A stretch of 64,000 nucleotides of DNA from Octopus bimaculoides (lineage: Eukaryota), in contig NC_068991.1 in NCBI RefSeq assembly GCF_001194135.2, forward strand, positions 6,747,510 to 6,811,509, written 5' to 3'. A program made the position numbers and the translations under genes. Under the pieces are notes generated by a model. The model saw only the letters and a list, made by a program, of their open reading frames with translations. It was not told the origin of the DNA and did not search any database. Below are positions 1-12,225 of this stretch, one piece after another; the first letter of the stretch is position 1, and every line of letters begins with the position of its first letter.

Positions 1-487
1 ATGATGATAAAAGTCAAACAAATCTCTACAACTTTTCATCGCCTTTCATGAAATTCTAACCTCCAGCGATTTTGTTTATGGAGCTTAAAGTAGAATCCAG
101 CATGCTGTAAATTCAACTTTTGAGTCATTAGTCTCTGGAGAGAAGAGTTATTTGGTAAATGAGATTTGCTAAGGAGGGTGTGGTTAAGACGAGGCCGAGT
201 CTGCCTCTAATGGGACAATATCCACATTGTGCTCTCTGTTTGTTTTGGGTGTGAATTTTTATTTTCTTTACACACAAAGTGTCCAGTGTTTTAGATTAAA
301 TAACAGGAAGACGATAACAACACCAACACCAACAACAACAACAATAACAACAATGATAATAAGGAAGAGAGAAGACATGATGACGACAATGGCGATTGTA
401 GTGATAATGATGATGATGATGACTGCGTCTATTATTATTATTATTATTATTAGGATTACTATTTTGTTGTTGTTGTTGTTGTTGTTT

Positions 488-690
488 TAAGGCGACCAGC
501 TGGTGGAATCGTTAGCACGCCGGACGAAATGCTCAGCGGTATTTCGTCTGCCGATAGGTTCTGAGTTCAAATACCGCCGAGATCAACTTTGTCTTTTATC
601 CCTTTCGGAATTGGTAAAATAATAAGTATCAACTGGAACACCGGAGTCNNNNNNNNNNTCAGGCCTTGCGCTTATAGTAGTAGAAAGGAT
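488..690 (+). mobile_element. tRNA-derived SINE family B (Meta-like domain)
   Basis: Head with A-box-like CTGGTGGAATCGTTAG and B-box GAGTTCAAATACC, then CCGAGATCAACTTTGTCTTTTATCCCTTTCGG, homologous to the other family B copies; small N gap. The Meta-domain assignment is from recall of the MetaSINE consensus. Confidence 0.85.
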
Positions 691-813
691 TATTGTTATT
701 GTTGTTGTTGTTGCTGCTGCTGGTGTTTTTCACTGCAAATTCGCTGAGATATATTTTGCCTTTGTTTTGTACTAGATGCTTCCACGACGATTGTGGCCGA
801 TAAAGAAACCATT

Positions 814-849
<36 letters not shown>

Positions 850-879
850 GTTGTCGTTGTTGTTGTTGTTATTGCTGTA

Positions 880-1015
880 TTCTATCATTAGCGTAAAAAC
901 CAGAGATTTTTTGGTAGACTTAAGTTGACCCAGTTCTTCATGACTGATACTTGTTTTAACAACCCCGGAGGTTTGAAAGGCAAAGACGGCCCTCAGCGGG
1001 ATAACAAATTCAGAC
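880..1015 (-). mobile_element. degenerate family B SINE fragment
   Basis: Reverse complement reads CCCGCTGAGGGCCGTCTTTGCCTTTCAAACCTCCGGGGTTGTTAAAACAAGTATCAG, the family B central domain. Confidence 0.6.
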
Positions 1016-2679
1016 CCCCTATAGAACGTAAACAGAACCCGAAATATATATAGGAGGGGATGGGAGGTAAGGGAAAAGTAATAGGCACGAAGTAAACTGA
1101 AAACGGGGTATGTGGAATGGATGACGAAAAGTAAATGGGTATGGATGAAAAAATGGGGCCAAGGGGCAATGAGTGGGAGAGATTAAGGTAAAAGAACAAG
1201 GCGGATAAAGAAATATAATTGTCGCCTTAGAGATGAACACACAACAGGGACTGTAGCGTATATTATAAAAGGACTCTGTATTAAGGAAAGGGGCCTTAAA
1301 TTAAAAACACAGCTACTTTATTGAATTAAGGACCAATATATATAATCAGCAAGCATAGTAATCGAAATGAATACAAGAGCACCGACTGTTATTCGATTCA
1401 TCAGCTTTGGCGCTAATCAATCGGGTGTGTTATGAAGACACATTCGTCGTAGAGGAAAAGCTGTTCTCCTATGACGCAACACAACAGGGAATAGTATGGT
1501 CATGTTCGAATCTGCCTGAACGTATTAAGAAAATGCAAGCCATCGTCGGTACTATTTATCATTTTACCTAAAGGATGATATCTACCGTTTAGTCAACGTG
1601 TTTGAAATATTGAGATGGTTAATCCTGCAACCGAACGGCTTAGATATGGTAAATTATGTGACGAATTAGAATCTTATTTCGTTTTAAACAAACCTAAAAG
1701 CACAAAGCATAAATGCTACAACATTATGCAAATTCACTAATGCAGGACATTGTTCCTAAGCAACTAAAATGAAGGAGTTAAGCATTCTCTTTGGATACGC
1801 AACCCTAATATAATGTAAATTTGTTTTTGTGGTCTAATGTGGAATATGGAAAGACATGTGGCTGACTGTAAATACATGCAAATTGACGACGCTCAATGAT
1901 GCAGAAATGCACATTTAGCATTCCCAACCAGCCACTGCCAGGAGGATTTTCGCCTACCTCTGCCATATTGTATTTCTAAACACAGCACATCCATAAAGAT
2001 ATTATATACAGTTAAATACTGCAGTAAATTTGCTTTTCGCGGTGTATGAAACACAGATGGTTGTTTTAATCCACTTCTGTTGCACATAACGGATTCTTTT
2101 TGTAACGCTACAAATACTAATTCCTTAATTGTGCTATAGTTTTCCTAAACAGCAAAAGGTTAAAGAAGTAAAACTGCACATAACATACTGATTCATACCT
2201 GTCTAAACAGTCTCCATTTGAATTAATGGAAACGATTATAGAACGCATTACGGTACCTGTAATATATTATTAATAATCTGGTTCGTTCAACCGATCTTAT
2301 TTATGAGAAAAATAATAATTAAGCTCAGTTATTGCACAACTAGTTGAGATAAAGAGAATAGCAAGTCTTTTAATTAACGACCGAGGAAAATGAAGTCTGT
2401 TCAATTCAGCATTGCCATTCAATGTAATTATTGTAATTTGCGTAATTAAAATTTTGTTGGATCTCAAAATTTTTTTGAGCGTTAGATTAATCTTAAACAC
2501 CTAGTCGTTTACAAACGTAAAAATTAGTACAATAATAGAGTTCTTAGTATGGGTCTCTTGAAATGCGAGGCCTCCTCTTACTACTAGGTTAATCCAGCAT
2601 TAGATTAAAGTAGGACAAACAGGAATATGTTGAGGTGTTTTATAAAACCAGGGAACTTCCGCATAACACATCGATCCGT

Positions 2680-2880
2680 TAAATATAACTGCCAAATATT
2701 TCTCAAAATTACATCCTCTAATCTTAAAAAGCGGGAAGGGCAAACACTGGGCAATATAGTTCTTCCTTGATAAGGGAAAATTTAGGATGGTCAAGCATGT
2801 AACACTTTTGATTAAATCTCTGCTTTATCAGAGATTACTCTAGGGCTGGACACCAACGACGACAAGGAAAGCACAAACAA
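2680..2880 (+). mobile_element. family D dispersed repeat with (AAC/GAC)n tail
   Basis: AATATAACTGCCAAATATTTCTCAAAATTACATCCT...CTTTTGATTAAATCTCTGCTTTATCAGAG aligns by eye with the copies at 4215, 38255 and 47500. Confidence 0.5.
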
Positions 2881-3419
2881 CTACAACGACGAGGACGACG
2901 TCGACGACAACAACAACAGTAACGGCAACAACAACATCAGGAACAAAGCAACAAGCAAATAATTGTCTCCAACATTTTATTTGCTGTCATTTGGAATAGA
3001 AACTCGGTAAAATGTCAACAGATGGTAGAAATTCCAACATAACAAAACGTTCAAAATATAAGGTGTCTATGTCGTTTATTTCTACAAATAGTTTTCATAT
3101 GACTCGGGGCAACTTCTGCCGATCGTATATTTAGCGGTGATGAACCCAGCTATTATTACTATTATCTAGGTTTGGTGACTAATACTTTTGTTTTTCTTTT
3201 TAAATACAAATATGTCGCTTGGAAATACACACCCTACAGTAGTGTATACTCAAAACCTTTATTACCATTTCCACATTGTAATTCTTCTAATATAATTTCA
3301 TTCGCTGCCAGGATGCTTTTATGGAATATCAACTCGACACAGGCGCCTCATTTTATCGCCCCCATAAAGATGGTCGACAAAATTGAGCTTTGTTTTCTTG
3401 TACAATTCATATGTGTATA

Positions 3420-3433
3420 TATGTGTGTGTATG

Positions 3434-3471
<38 letters not shown>

Positions 3472-3501
3472 TATGTCCGTGTGTACGTATGCCCGTGTGT
3501 G

Positions 3502-3547
<46 letters not shown>

Positions 3548-3618
3548 AAGAAGAAGAAGAAGAAGAAGAAGAAGAAGAAGAAGAAGAAGAAGAAGAAGAA
3601 GAAGAAGAAGAAGAAGAA
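3420..3618. repeat. compound microsatellite (TG)n-(AGT)n-(AGA)n
   Basis: Seen directly; explains the poly-S/poly-R ORFs 3348-3776 and 3390-3656. Confidence 0.97.
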
Positions 3619-4214
3619 TTTATGAGGAAAGCTTTTGGAAAAGGGAAGGAGAGTGAGAGAAAGAGAGAGAGAGAATTAAAGAGAGAACGAAAGAGAGAAA
3701 GAGGAAAAGAAAGAGAGAAACAGATATGATAAGTGAAGTCCGTGAAAAAAATGGTATTGTCAAGGCTGGAGTACATTTAATTACAAGATTGCTTCATCAA
3801 AGCTTACCGGCGGTTAAATACCAGAACTTGCATATATGAGTAACAATGGCTACGAGTCAGAATTCTGCCTTTCATCAAGTAAAGATGTTACAACGGTCAA
3901 CGTCACCAAAAACACATACCGGATTTGATTTAATATATGGTGCACATTTTTTCTCAAAAAATGTTTCCTACGAAAATCATCGCGCATCTTTTATGCGAAG
4001 TTGAGCCGATATTACTTGCTTCAATGTACTAAATAAATGGTTTTACCTGAATATGCACAGCTGAAATTGGGATGCGTCTAATGTGAAAATGTGTCTTTAT
4101 ATCAAATGCAGAACTTTTTCCTTCACTCCAAAAACGAATTCAGAGAAAGCGGATGTGAGTTTGCTAGGAACACGCCGTTATCTAAGTCATTAAACAACTG
4201 TGAGGACGGGTCAA

Positions 4215-4420
4215 TGAACGAGCGTTTTCGCGGACACTCAACCAACTTGAAATAGCAGCCAAGTATCCCTTAAATCATACCTTACTATCTTTAAAAAAAA
4301 GAGAGACATGTAAGACATTAGATAAGATAGTACACCTTGTTAGGCATAAAAATAAAAATAATAAGATTATCATAAATCTGCTTGATCAGGACTAACTACT
4401 TGATCTGAGCTGAATACACA
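4215..4420 (+). mobile_element. family D dispersed repeat
   Basis: CTTGAAATAGCAGCCAAGTATCCCTTAAATCATACCTTACTATCTTTAAAAAAA...CTGCTTGATCAGGACTAAC, homologous to 38255-38465 and to the reverse complement of 47500-47730. Confidence 0.7.
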
Positions 4421-4658
4421 TACGCAGGCGCGTATATATATTCACTTAGATAAGATTCGGCCAGAATTGGCGTAGGCCATGTCTGACTTGATAAATACCA
4501 CCTGGAAAAGAGATTCAATACTTTTTCCTGTTACTTTCAGTCTTTGGGCAACATAACCCATTCGAGTAAAGAGTTACTGTTTACAGAAATATAACCGGGC
4601 GTATATTTACGTTGCTTAATGTCAGACGAATGAGGAAGGAGTGCTCAATACATGTAGA

Positions 4659-4768
<110 letters not shown>

Positions 4769-4920
4769 TCATCTATTTATTTAATTAAAACAGAAATTTA
4801 GAGTTTGCCTGGTCGCAGTGACATGAAACCTGAGTCACTAGACAAACACTCTGCTTGAGGTTTTATAAAAAAAAATTGTATGTGCGCGTGGCTTACACGC
4901 ACACATACACACATACATAT

Positions 4921-4964
<44 letters not shown>

Positions 4965-7246
4965 AAAAAGAAAGAAAGAAAGATATATAGATAGATAGAA
5001 AAACGACAGCGCCAACACTAATGACAACTGCTCACTTAGTACTGAGATGGAATTCTTGATGCTCAAAATGTGCTTCCATCTCCAAATATCATAGAATATC
5101 GTACGTAATCTNNNNNNNNNNNNNNNNNNNNNNNNNNNNNNNNNNNNNNNNNNNNNNNNNNNNNNNNNNNNNNNNNNNNNNNNNNNNNNNNNNNNNNNNN
5201 NNNNNNNNNNNNNNNNNNNNNNNNNNNNNNNNNNNNNNNNNNNNNNNNNNNNNNNNNNNNNNNNNNNNNNNNNNNNNNNNNNNNNNNNNNNNNNNNNNNN
5301 NNNNNNNNNNNNNNNNNNNNNNNNNNNNNNNNNNNNNNNNNNNNNNNNNNNNNNNNNNNNNNNNNNNNNNNNNNNNNNNNNNNNNNNNNNNNNNNNNNNN
5401 NNNNNNNNNNNNNNNNNNNNNNNNNNNNNNNNNNNNNNNNNNNNNNNNNNNNNNNNNNNNNNNNNNNNNNNNNNNNNNNNNNNNNNNNNNNNNNNNNNNN
5501 NNNNNNNNNNNNNNNNNNNNNNNNNNNNNNNNNNNNNNNNNNNNNNNNNNNNNNNNNNNNNNNNNNNNNNNNNNNNNNNNNNNNNNNNNNNNNNNNNNNN
5601 NNNNATAAGAAAGAGACATGCATAAATACATACGCACACGTAGGCATACACACACACACACACACACACACACGTACGTACATACATGCATATATTCATA
5701 CATACATACACATACATACATACATACATACATACATACGTACGTATGTACATATATAAATACATACATGCATGCGTGTGTGCGTGCGTACGTACATACA
5801 TACATATATACATAGAAAATACCCTGTTGATGTTGTTGAAATTCCAATGAAGGAACCTTCGATATAGGTTAGAAACCAGCTGTTTCTAACCTATATTGGG
5901 AAGAAATTTTGAAATAAAACTGAACAATGAAATACACATTTAAGACAATAATAATTGGTGCATTTAGTTTCAGGAGTAAATGTCTAAGTGACAATCTGGA
6001 CAAGCTAGGGTTTTCAAACAAAGAACTCAACTAGTTAAGATGCATATTACAAATACAATCTATAAGTAGAACAGTAAAAATATGCAAGACTTTTTCCAGT
6101 TCAAAATGTGACAATGCTTTTTTTTTTTTCATTTACTCTCCAACGAAGAGCATTGTACCGTTGTTATAAACCAGCTCCTTCACAAGAAGACTATAAATAA
6201 TTAGAATAGAAGAAAACATACATACATACAAACATACAAACATACATACAAACATACATACATGCATACATACATACATACATACATACATACATACATA
6301 CATACATGCATGCATACATACATACATACATGCATACATACATACATACATACATGATTATCTAGTTCATTTGGGTGATGATGCCTAAATTCCATTGAAA
6401 GAATCTTGTTCCTGGATTAGGCTATAAGTCCTTCTCTATTAGTGAGAAATTAAAAAAAATATAACCGGAAGAACTCACACATACAGGGAGAGATAGTCCA
6501 ACAGACAGATATAAATAGCTATACAGATAAGGTGTGTAATGCTTGCCAAAAGTTACACGGGGCATTTAAATATATTTCCAGATAGTGAAGCCATCGAAAA
6601 AGCATGTCAGCATTCTGTCTGTCTGTCTGTCTCTCTCTCCCCCTTCTCTCTCGCACTTTCATTCTCTCTTGCTCTCTGAAGTTTCTTCTCATATGTATAT
6701 AAACATACATACACACACAATACACAAACACACTACAGAAACACACATGCACAAATACACATACACAAACTTGTGCAGGTGCAATACTATATATNNNNNN
6801 NNNNNNNNNNNNNNNNNNNNNNNNNNNNNNNNNNNNNNNNNNNNNNNNNNNNNNNNNNNNNNNNNNNNNNNNNNNNNNNNNNNNNNNNNNNNNNNNNNNN
6901 NNNNNNNNNNNNNNNNNNNNNNNNNNNNNNNNNNNNNNNNNNNNNNNNNNNNNNNNNNNNNNNNNNNNNNNNNNNNNNNNNNNNNNNNNNNNNNNNNNNN
7001 NNNNNNNNNNNNNNNTATATATGTATATATATGTATGTATATATATATATACATGCATCAAAGAATTTCCTATACTATACACACACACACACACACACAG
7101 ATAGACTTACACACATCGCATTTTGCTTTCATGCATGTCAATACGCAACTCTTTAGATAATGCTACGTTTTAAAAAGCTTTAAAAGGTATTACATCTAGT
7201 TGAGTATCTAAATATCCGCAGTATATTTGTGTGTGTGTGTGTGTGT

Positions 7247-7305
7247 GTGCTCCAGCATGGCCACAGTCAAATGACTGAAACAAGTAAAAGAGTAAAAGAG
7301 TAATG
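7247..7305 (+). mobile_element. 3' tail of SINE family A
   Basis: GTGCTCCAGCATGGCCACAGTCAAATGACTGAAACAAGTAAAAGAGTAAAAGAGTAA, essentially the same as the tail of the full-length copy at 17270. Confidence 0.85.
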
Positions 7306-8729
7306 TAACACACACACACACACATGTGAAATGCACACATACATACAGACGGACCACACTGATTTGTACCGTCAGCGACATATCAGTGGAGCCTGTAACT
7401 AGTCAGGTGACCTTTCAGCGTCAACAGAAAATTTGATAATGCATTAGAAGTCATAGTTTGGAATTTAATATTTGGAATACCAATGTATAGTTAAAGATCC
7501 TATTATTGAAACTATTTCTAAATAAACACATGATTTGTTTTACGATTTGTCCTTTAAACTTTATGCACCCTTTAATCTTATTCACTCCCTAGTACGCACC
7601 CAACAACTTAGATATTTCACTGGTAGTTTCAGCAACATGTTTCCAGGAAGATGAGGTCAGTCATACGTACAAAGGACACTGTGTCGTACCTTTGAGAGTA
7701 TAAGATTTCATAATGCATGGCCTGAAATAGAAATGTGTTCACTGAGAAATACACACACACACACACACATTTCTATTAATATTTAGCAGAAGCAACAGAG
7801 TCACTTAAGGCACGAGACTCTCGGACCTTGAATCACTTTGTTGCTTCTGTTAAGTATTAAGAAGAATATACATATATTCATGTTTTGAGTTCTATTTTTC
7901 CTGTTTACACCAACATACCTCCCTCTCTCTCCCTCTCCCTCTCTATCTATCTCTCCCCCTCTCTCTCCCCTCTCTCTCCCCCTTCTCTCTTTCTTTATAT
8001 ATATATAAAGAAATAATATAACCAGGCTTTAATGGTAGATTACAACATNNNNNNNNNNNNNNNNNNNNNNNNNNNNNNNNNNNNNNNNNNNNNNNNNNNN
8101 NNNNNNNNNNNNNNNNNNNNNNNNNNNNNNNNNNNNNNNNNNNNNNNNNNNNNNNNNNNNNNNNNNNNNNNNNNNNNNNNNNNNNNNNNNNNNNNNNNNN
8201 NNNNNNNNNNNNNNNNNNNNNNNNNNNNNNNNNNNNNNNNNNNNNNNNNNNNNNNNNNNNNNNNNNNNNNNNNNNNNNNNNNNNNNNNNNNNNNNNNNNN
8301 NNNNNNNNNNNNNNNNNNNNNNNNNNNNNNNNNNNNNNNNNNNNNNNNNNNNNNNNNNNNNNNNNNNNNNNNNNNNNNNNNNNNNNNNNNNNNNNNNNNN
8401 NNNNNNNNNNNNNNNNNNNNNNNNNNNNNNNNNNNNNNNNNNNNNNNNNNNNNNNNNNNNNNNNNNNNNNNNNNNNNNNNNNNNNNNNNNNNNNNNNNNN
8501 NNNNNNNNNNNNNNNNNNNNNNNNNNNNNNNNNNNNNNNNNNNNNNNNNNNNNNNNNNNNNNNNNNNNNNNNNNNNNNNNNNNNNNNNNNNNNNNNNNNN
8601 NNNNNNNNNNNNNNNNNNNNNNNNNNNNNNNNNNNNNNNNNNNNNNNNNNNNNNNNNNNNNNNNNNNNNNNNNNNNNNNNNNNNNNNNNNNNNNNNNNNN
8701 NNNNNNNNNNNNNNNNNNNNNNNNNNNNN

Positions 8730-8792
<63 letters not shown>

Positions 8793-9771
8793 GTTTAAGA
8801 ATTTTGAGATTTATGTTCTGACGCATAAGCCTGATGTTTGGAATCAATTCAGTCTGTTATAAACTGTTGCTCTAATAATACACGCAAGCTCGTCTGCACA
8901 CATATATTAATGAACAACCTCATTAAATTGTAAGGTATGAAAAAGGTCAAGCGCTACTAAGTACCCTGGTACATAGATACTCGTATTTAATCAATATACA
9001 TGGTTACCGTGTAATTTCTTGAACAAAATACCATGCAGAATGAATACGGTCGTAGAGTTTGGTAGACAGCGCTTAGATATTTATGACTCTCTTGTCTCCC
9101 TGCTTGCGCCCGCATTCGTGAGAAAGAGATGTATACATACACGCACACACACACGCACACACGCACGCACACACGCACGCACACGCGCGCCTACACACAC
9201 ACACACACACACTTGTTTCAGGTATTGGACTGCGGACATGATTGACAACCACCTTGTAGACTTAGCCGTACAAATCGGCCCCAGTGCTTACTTTTTAAAA
9301 CCTGGCCGCAATCCAATGATAGAAACAAGTAAGAGGTAAAATATATTTTATAAATTTCTCTTTGAGCTCTCACTGGGAGCAGGTTTGATAAAAGAAAGTA
9401 AAGACTGAATATGTTTTATACATTGAGTGAATATATCTATCTTTCTCTTTCTGTGATATTTTCTCCAAGTTCCATGTGATGCCTTCAAACTCTGAAAGCG
9501 ATTTATAATTTATTTAGTGATAAACACCTTTTAAAATTCTGTCGGAAAGTCGGAAAATGGTCTAAGTTTGGCAAACTACAGAAAAATACCGCATAACAGA
9601 TGAATTATTAAATTAGCTATTTGTCTGGTCTTAATCAGAATTCTAATTGCATTTTCATTCACACTGTATATGGAGTAATAAAATCAGCAGATATAAATAC
9701 CCAGCTGGAGTTGGACGTCCCAGTTATAAAATTCTCTCATTATCAACATCCGTTTACTTTCATATGGTCAG

Positions 9772-9817
9772 CAAGAACGTAATCACTCTATGCAAAACAT
9801 ATTTTCATCTTTGCCTT
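9772..9817 (+). CDS. candidate exon QERNHSMQNIFSSLP (phase 0 to 1), unverified
   Basis: CAG acceptor at 9769-9771 and GTAAGT donor at 9818; open frame; phase-compatible with 15024. No homology recognised. Confidence 0.15.
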
Positions 9818-9844
9818 GTAAGTAAATTTGTTGGATAGAAACAG

Positions 9845-9879
9845 TATGGAAGCCTGTTGTACACACACACACACACATT

Positions 9880-9912
<33 letters not shown>

Positions 9913-10170
9913 ATATATATATGCGAGCGTGTGTGCTTTTGTGTCTGTGTTTGTCACCCCCTTCCCACGGCTTTGCAACCAGTGTTAGTTTGTTTACGTC
10001 CCCGTAGCTTAACTGCTCAGCAAAACAAACAAATAGAATATGTACCAGACTTCCAGAAAAAAAAACATAAGTACTGGGGTCGATTTATTCGACTAAAGCC
10101 CTTCAAGGCGAAAACCCGACATGGTCGCAGTCCAATGACTAAAACAAGTAGAAGATGAAAAGAAAAAGAA
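9845..10170 (+). mobile_element. 5'-truncated SINE family A
   Basis: Internal (CA)/(TA) tract, then TGTTTACGTCCCCGTAGCTTAAC...CTGGGGTCGATTTATTCGACTAAAG...GCAGTCCAATGACTAAAACAAGTAG. Confidence 0.85.
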
Positions 10171-11116
10171 AAAAAGATAGCTATGCGTCAGAAGATAAAT
10201 CTAAAATTCTTAAAATACAGTTTTCTCTCTAACGTGAACCAGCATAAAATATTTAATACTGTCAGTTACCAATATCGTTCATTTTCTTACTTATTTTAGA
10301 TTTTGATATAATTCTAAACAGAAAGAAACAGTCGGCTGGCCTACGAAGGTGGCAGGATGCCAGTTGGACTATAACTCGTTCACTGGATTTGTGTTGTGTT
10401 GTATTATCCATGTTGTCGCTTGCAAATTCACAAATGTTAAATCTCTTACACAAAATCCTACTCGACCTTAAGGGATTGCCAACAACAACGACGAAGATTA
10501 TAATTATAGAGTGTGCCTGGTGCCATTGCAATACAGTAAACTATGCACATTTTCAAGAGTGTTTACTAGAACAGAAGCTGTATAAAATACCACTTAAGAT
10601 TTTCTAAGATGTATCTACTTCCGTATTTAAAGTGGTTTGTTTAAAGTTAACTAATTTGTTGAGTCTTCAAGTATATTTCATGTCCATTTAATGCCATTCA
10701 GACGAGTGATGGCTGATTCATCCATTCATACTTCAAAACAACTGACAACATCTGCAGAAAACGGTAGTAGACCAGGCGTTCTCTAATCTTTTAGTAAATA
10801 TGTTCTCTTTTAGCAAGGAAATACTAAATTTGAAAGAACAATGGCCAGTAGTGGCGTATTGTGAATAATTAGCGATTGTGCTGTAGTATAATTAAAGTCA
10901 AGATGGGTGGAAAGGACAGAAAATGGTACAAATTTAAGTGTAGTGTTTGTTAGTCTAAAAGAGCTATTTTAAACAGCGCTTTATATCAACAGATGAGCAA
11001 ATGATAGAGAAGATACTATAAACTACGATATACGAGGTGTACTAGGAATATACAGACACATACATACATACATACATACATACATACATACATACATACA
11101 TACATACATACATACA

Positions 11117-11172
11117 TACGAGTAGGTGTTGAAAAGTTCCTGGCTTTAAGGGTGTCGCGAAAGGCCTGGTTG
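11117..11172 (+). mobile_element. mariner-type terminal inverted repeat / MITE end
   Basis: TACGAGTAGGTGTTGAAAAGTTCCTGGCTTT resembles mariner TIRs (TA-CGAGGG.G...AAAAGTT); no partner TIR found. Confidence 0.55.
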
Positions 11173-11174
11173 AA

Positions 11175-11575
11175 GGAGAGGGAGCAACGGGCCGCACATT
11201 CCAGAACAAATAACGTGCTCAACCTTGCCCCGTGGTTATGACTGCAATGACGTCGCCACGGAGAATGGCCAGCGACACTCGCTCCAGCAGCTGCTTCGAC
11301 TAGCGGGGTTCATTTCTTAGACGGGCTACCTTATTCCGATTTTGCGGAGGAAATCGGTAACGCAGGTTACAAGAACATCTGAGGTCCCGACAGCGACCAA
11401 CACAAAATGACAGCGGCCGGTGAGATCCCCATATTTATTTTATTTTTCATTCCTTTGCGTTACGGGCGGCGAGATCCCCGTTTGCCTCCCTCGTATGGAA
11501 AAAGGGTTATTCTGTCAGTATTTTCACCGTCGTCGCGGCCAAGACCTAAAAGGAGCGGTGTCAACCGTCTCAAAC
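11175..11575 (-). mobile_element. degenerate 3' fragment of a CRE-clade non-LTR retrotransposon (restriction-like endonuclease domain)
   Basis: Frame-shifted minus translation: PLLLGLGRDDG / KNTDRITLFPYEGGK / KYGDLTGRCHFVLVAVGTSDVL..DFLRKIG / ARLRNEPR*SKQLLERVSLAILRGDVIAVITT. This matches the recalled CRE C-terminal pattern (GLDRGDGKRPDG.TL.P...GK; F.PVAVETLG; L.QR.S.AIQRGNA). Confidence 0.8.
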
Positions 11576-11625
11576 AAATGAATTTCAAGGATTACATAAG
11601 ACTCTCATAAGATGCTAAAACTTAC

Positions 11626-11701
11626 CGATCTATACTTGGTTTCCAAACTGTTAATGGGCGACGGCCTAAGCTGAGATTAGAGGTTTGTGCTTCCAAACTA
11701 C
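11626..11701 (-). CDS. candidate 76-nt internal exon (G)SLEAQTSNLSLGRRPLTVWKPSID(R), phase 1 to 2
   Basis: Strong acceptor (ttttatttcttttccag) and donor (CG|gtaagt) on the minus strand, with one open frame. No recognised homology. Confidence 0.35.
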
Positions 11702-11768
11702 CTGGAAAAGAAATAAAATGCTAATATTAAAACATTTCTATAAGAAGAAGAGAGCAATAATTTAAAAA

Positions 11769-12225
11769 TACCGTTTTTACTCATGTATATAAAAAAAAAA
11801 GGGATAAAAATAGGCTAAAGATCCTTCTCGAATCCTATGCACTCATACAGCCGATTTACTGGTTTCTGTGCCGTATATATTCCCCAAGTGGACGGGACGC
11901 CGGTCTGTCGCAGGATAACTCATTTTTGCAAGCTGAGTGGACTGGAGCAACGTGAAACGAAGTGCTTTGTTCAAGAACACAACACGCCAACCTGTCCAAG
12001 AACCGAAACCACAATCTTTCGATCATAAGTCCAACATCCTAACCATTAAGCCACGTACCTCCACACTTCTGTATAAGTCGCGCTATTTTATACTTGATTT
12101 TTGCGGGGAAAAAACTGGGACACGACTTATACACGGTGCAAATCCAAAACTATGTAGGGAAAAAAATTTGTACCAAGATTTAACTCTAAATTAGGGGAGT
12201 GACTTATTCACGAGGAAATACGGTA
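11769..12225. mobile_element. pogo/Tigger-type MITE with TA target site, interrupted by a SINE
   Basis: Left end TA-CCGTTTTTACTCATGTATA; right end reverse complement TA-CCGTATTTCCTCGTGAATAAGTC; the left end resumes as TGTATAAGTCGC at about 12074, after the SINE. Confidence 0.7.
11792..12068 (-). mobile_element. tRNA-derived SINE family C (CORE-like plus V-like domain)
   Basis: Minus strand: GTGGAGGTACGTGGCTTAATGGTTAGG head, B-box-like GGTTTCGGTTC, GTGTTCTTGAACAAAGCACTT, then V-like CTGCGACAGACCGGCGTCCCGTCC; homologous to 45731. Confidence 0.85.

Noticed and set aside
10225-10280. miR-8-like sequence TAATACTGTCAGTTACCAATATC
   Set aside because: The 5' 12 nt match, but the 3' part diverges and the upstream arm pairs poorly with too short a loop.
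10328-10470. Opsin/GPCR-like peptide GCQLDYNSFTGFVLCC
   Set aside because: The resemblance is short, the frame hits a stop with no usable donor, and no other GPCR exons were seen.
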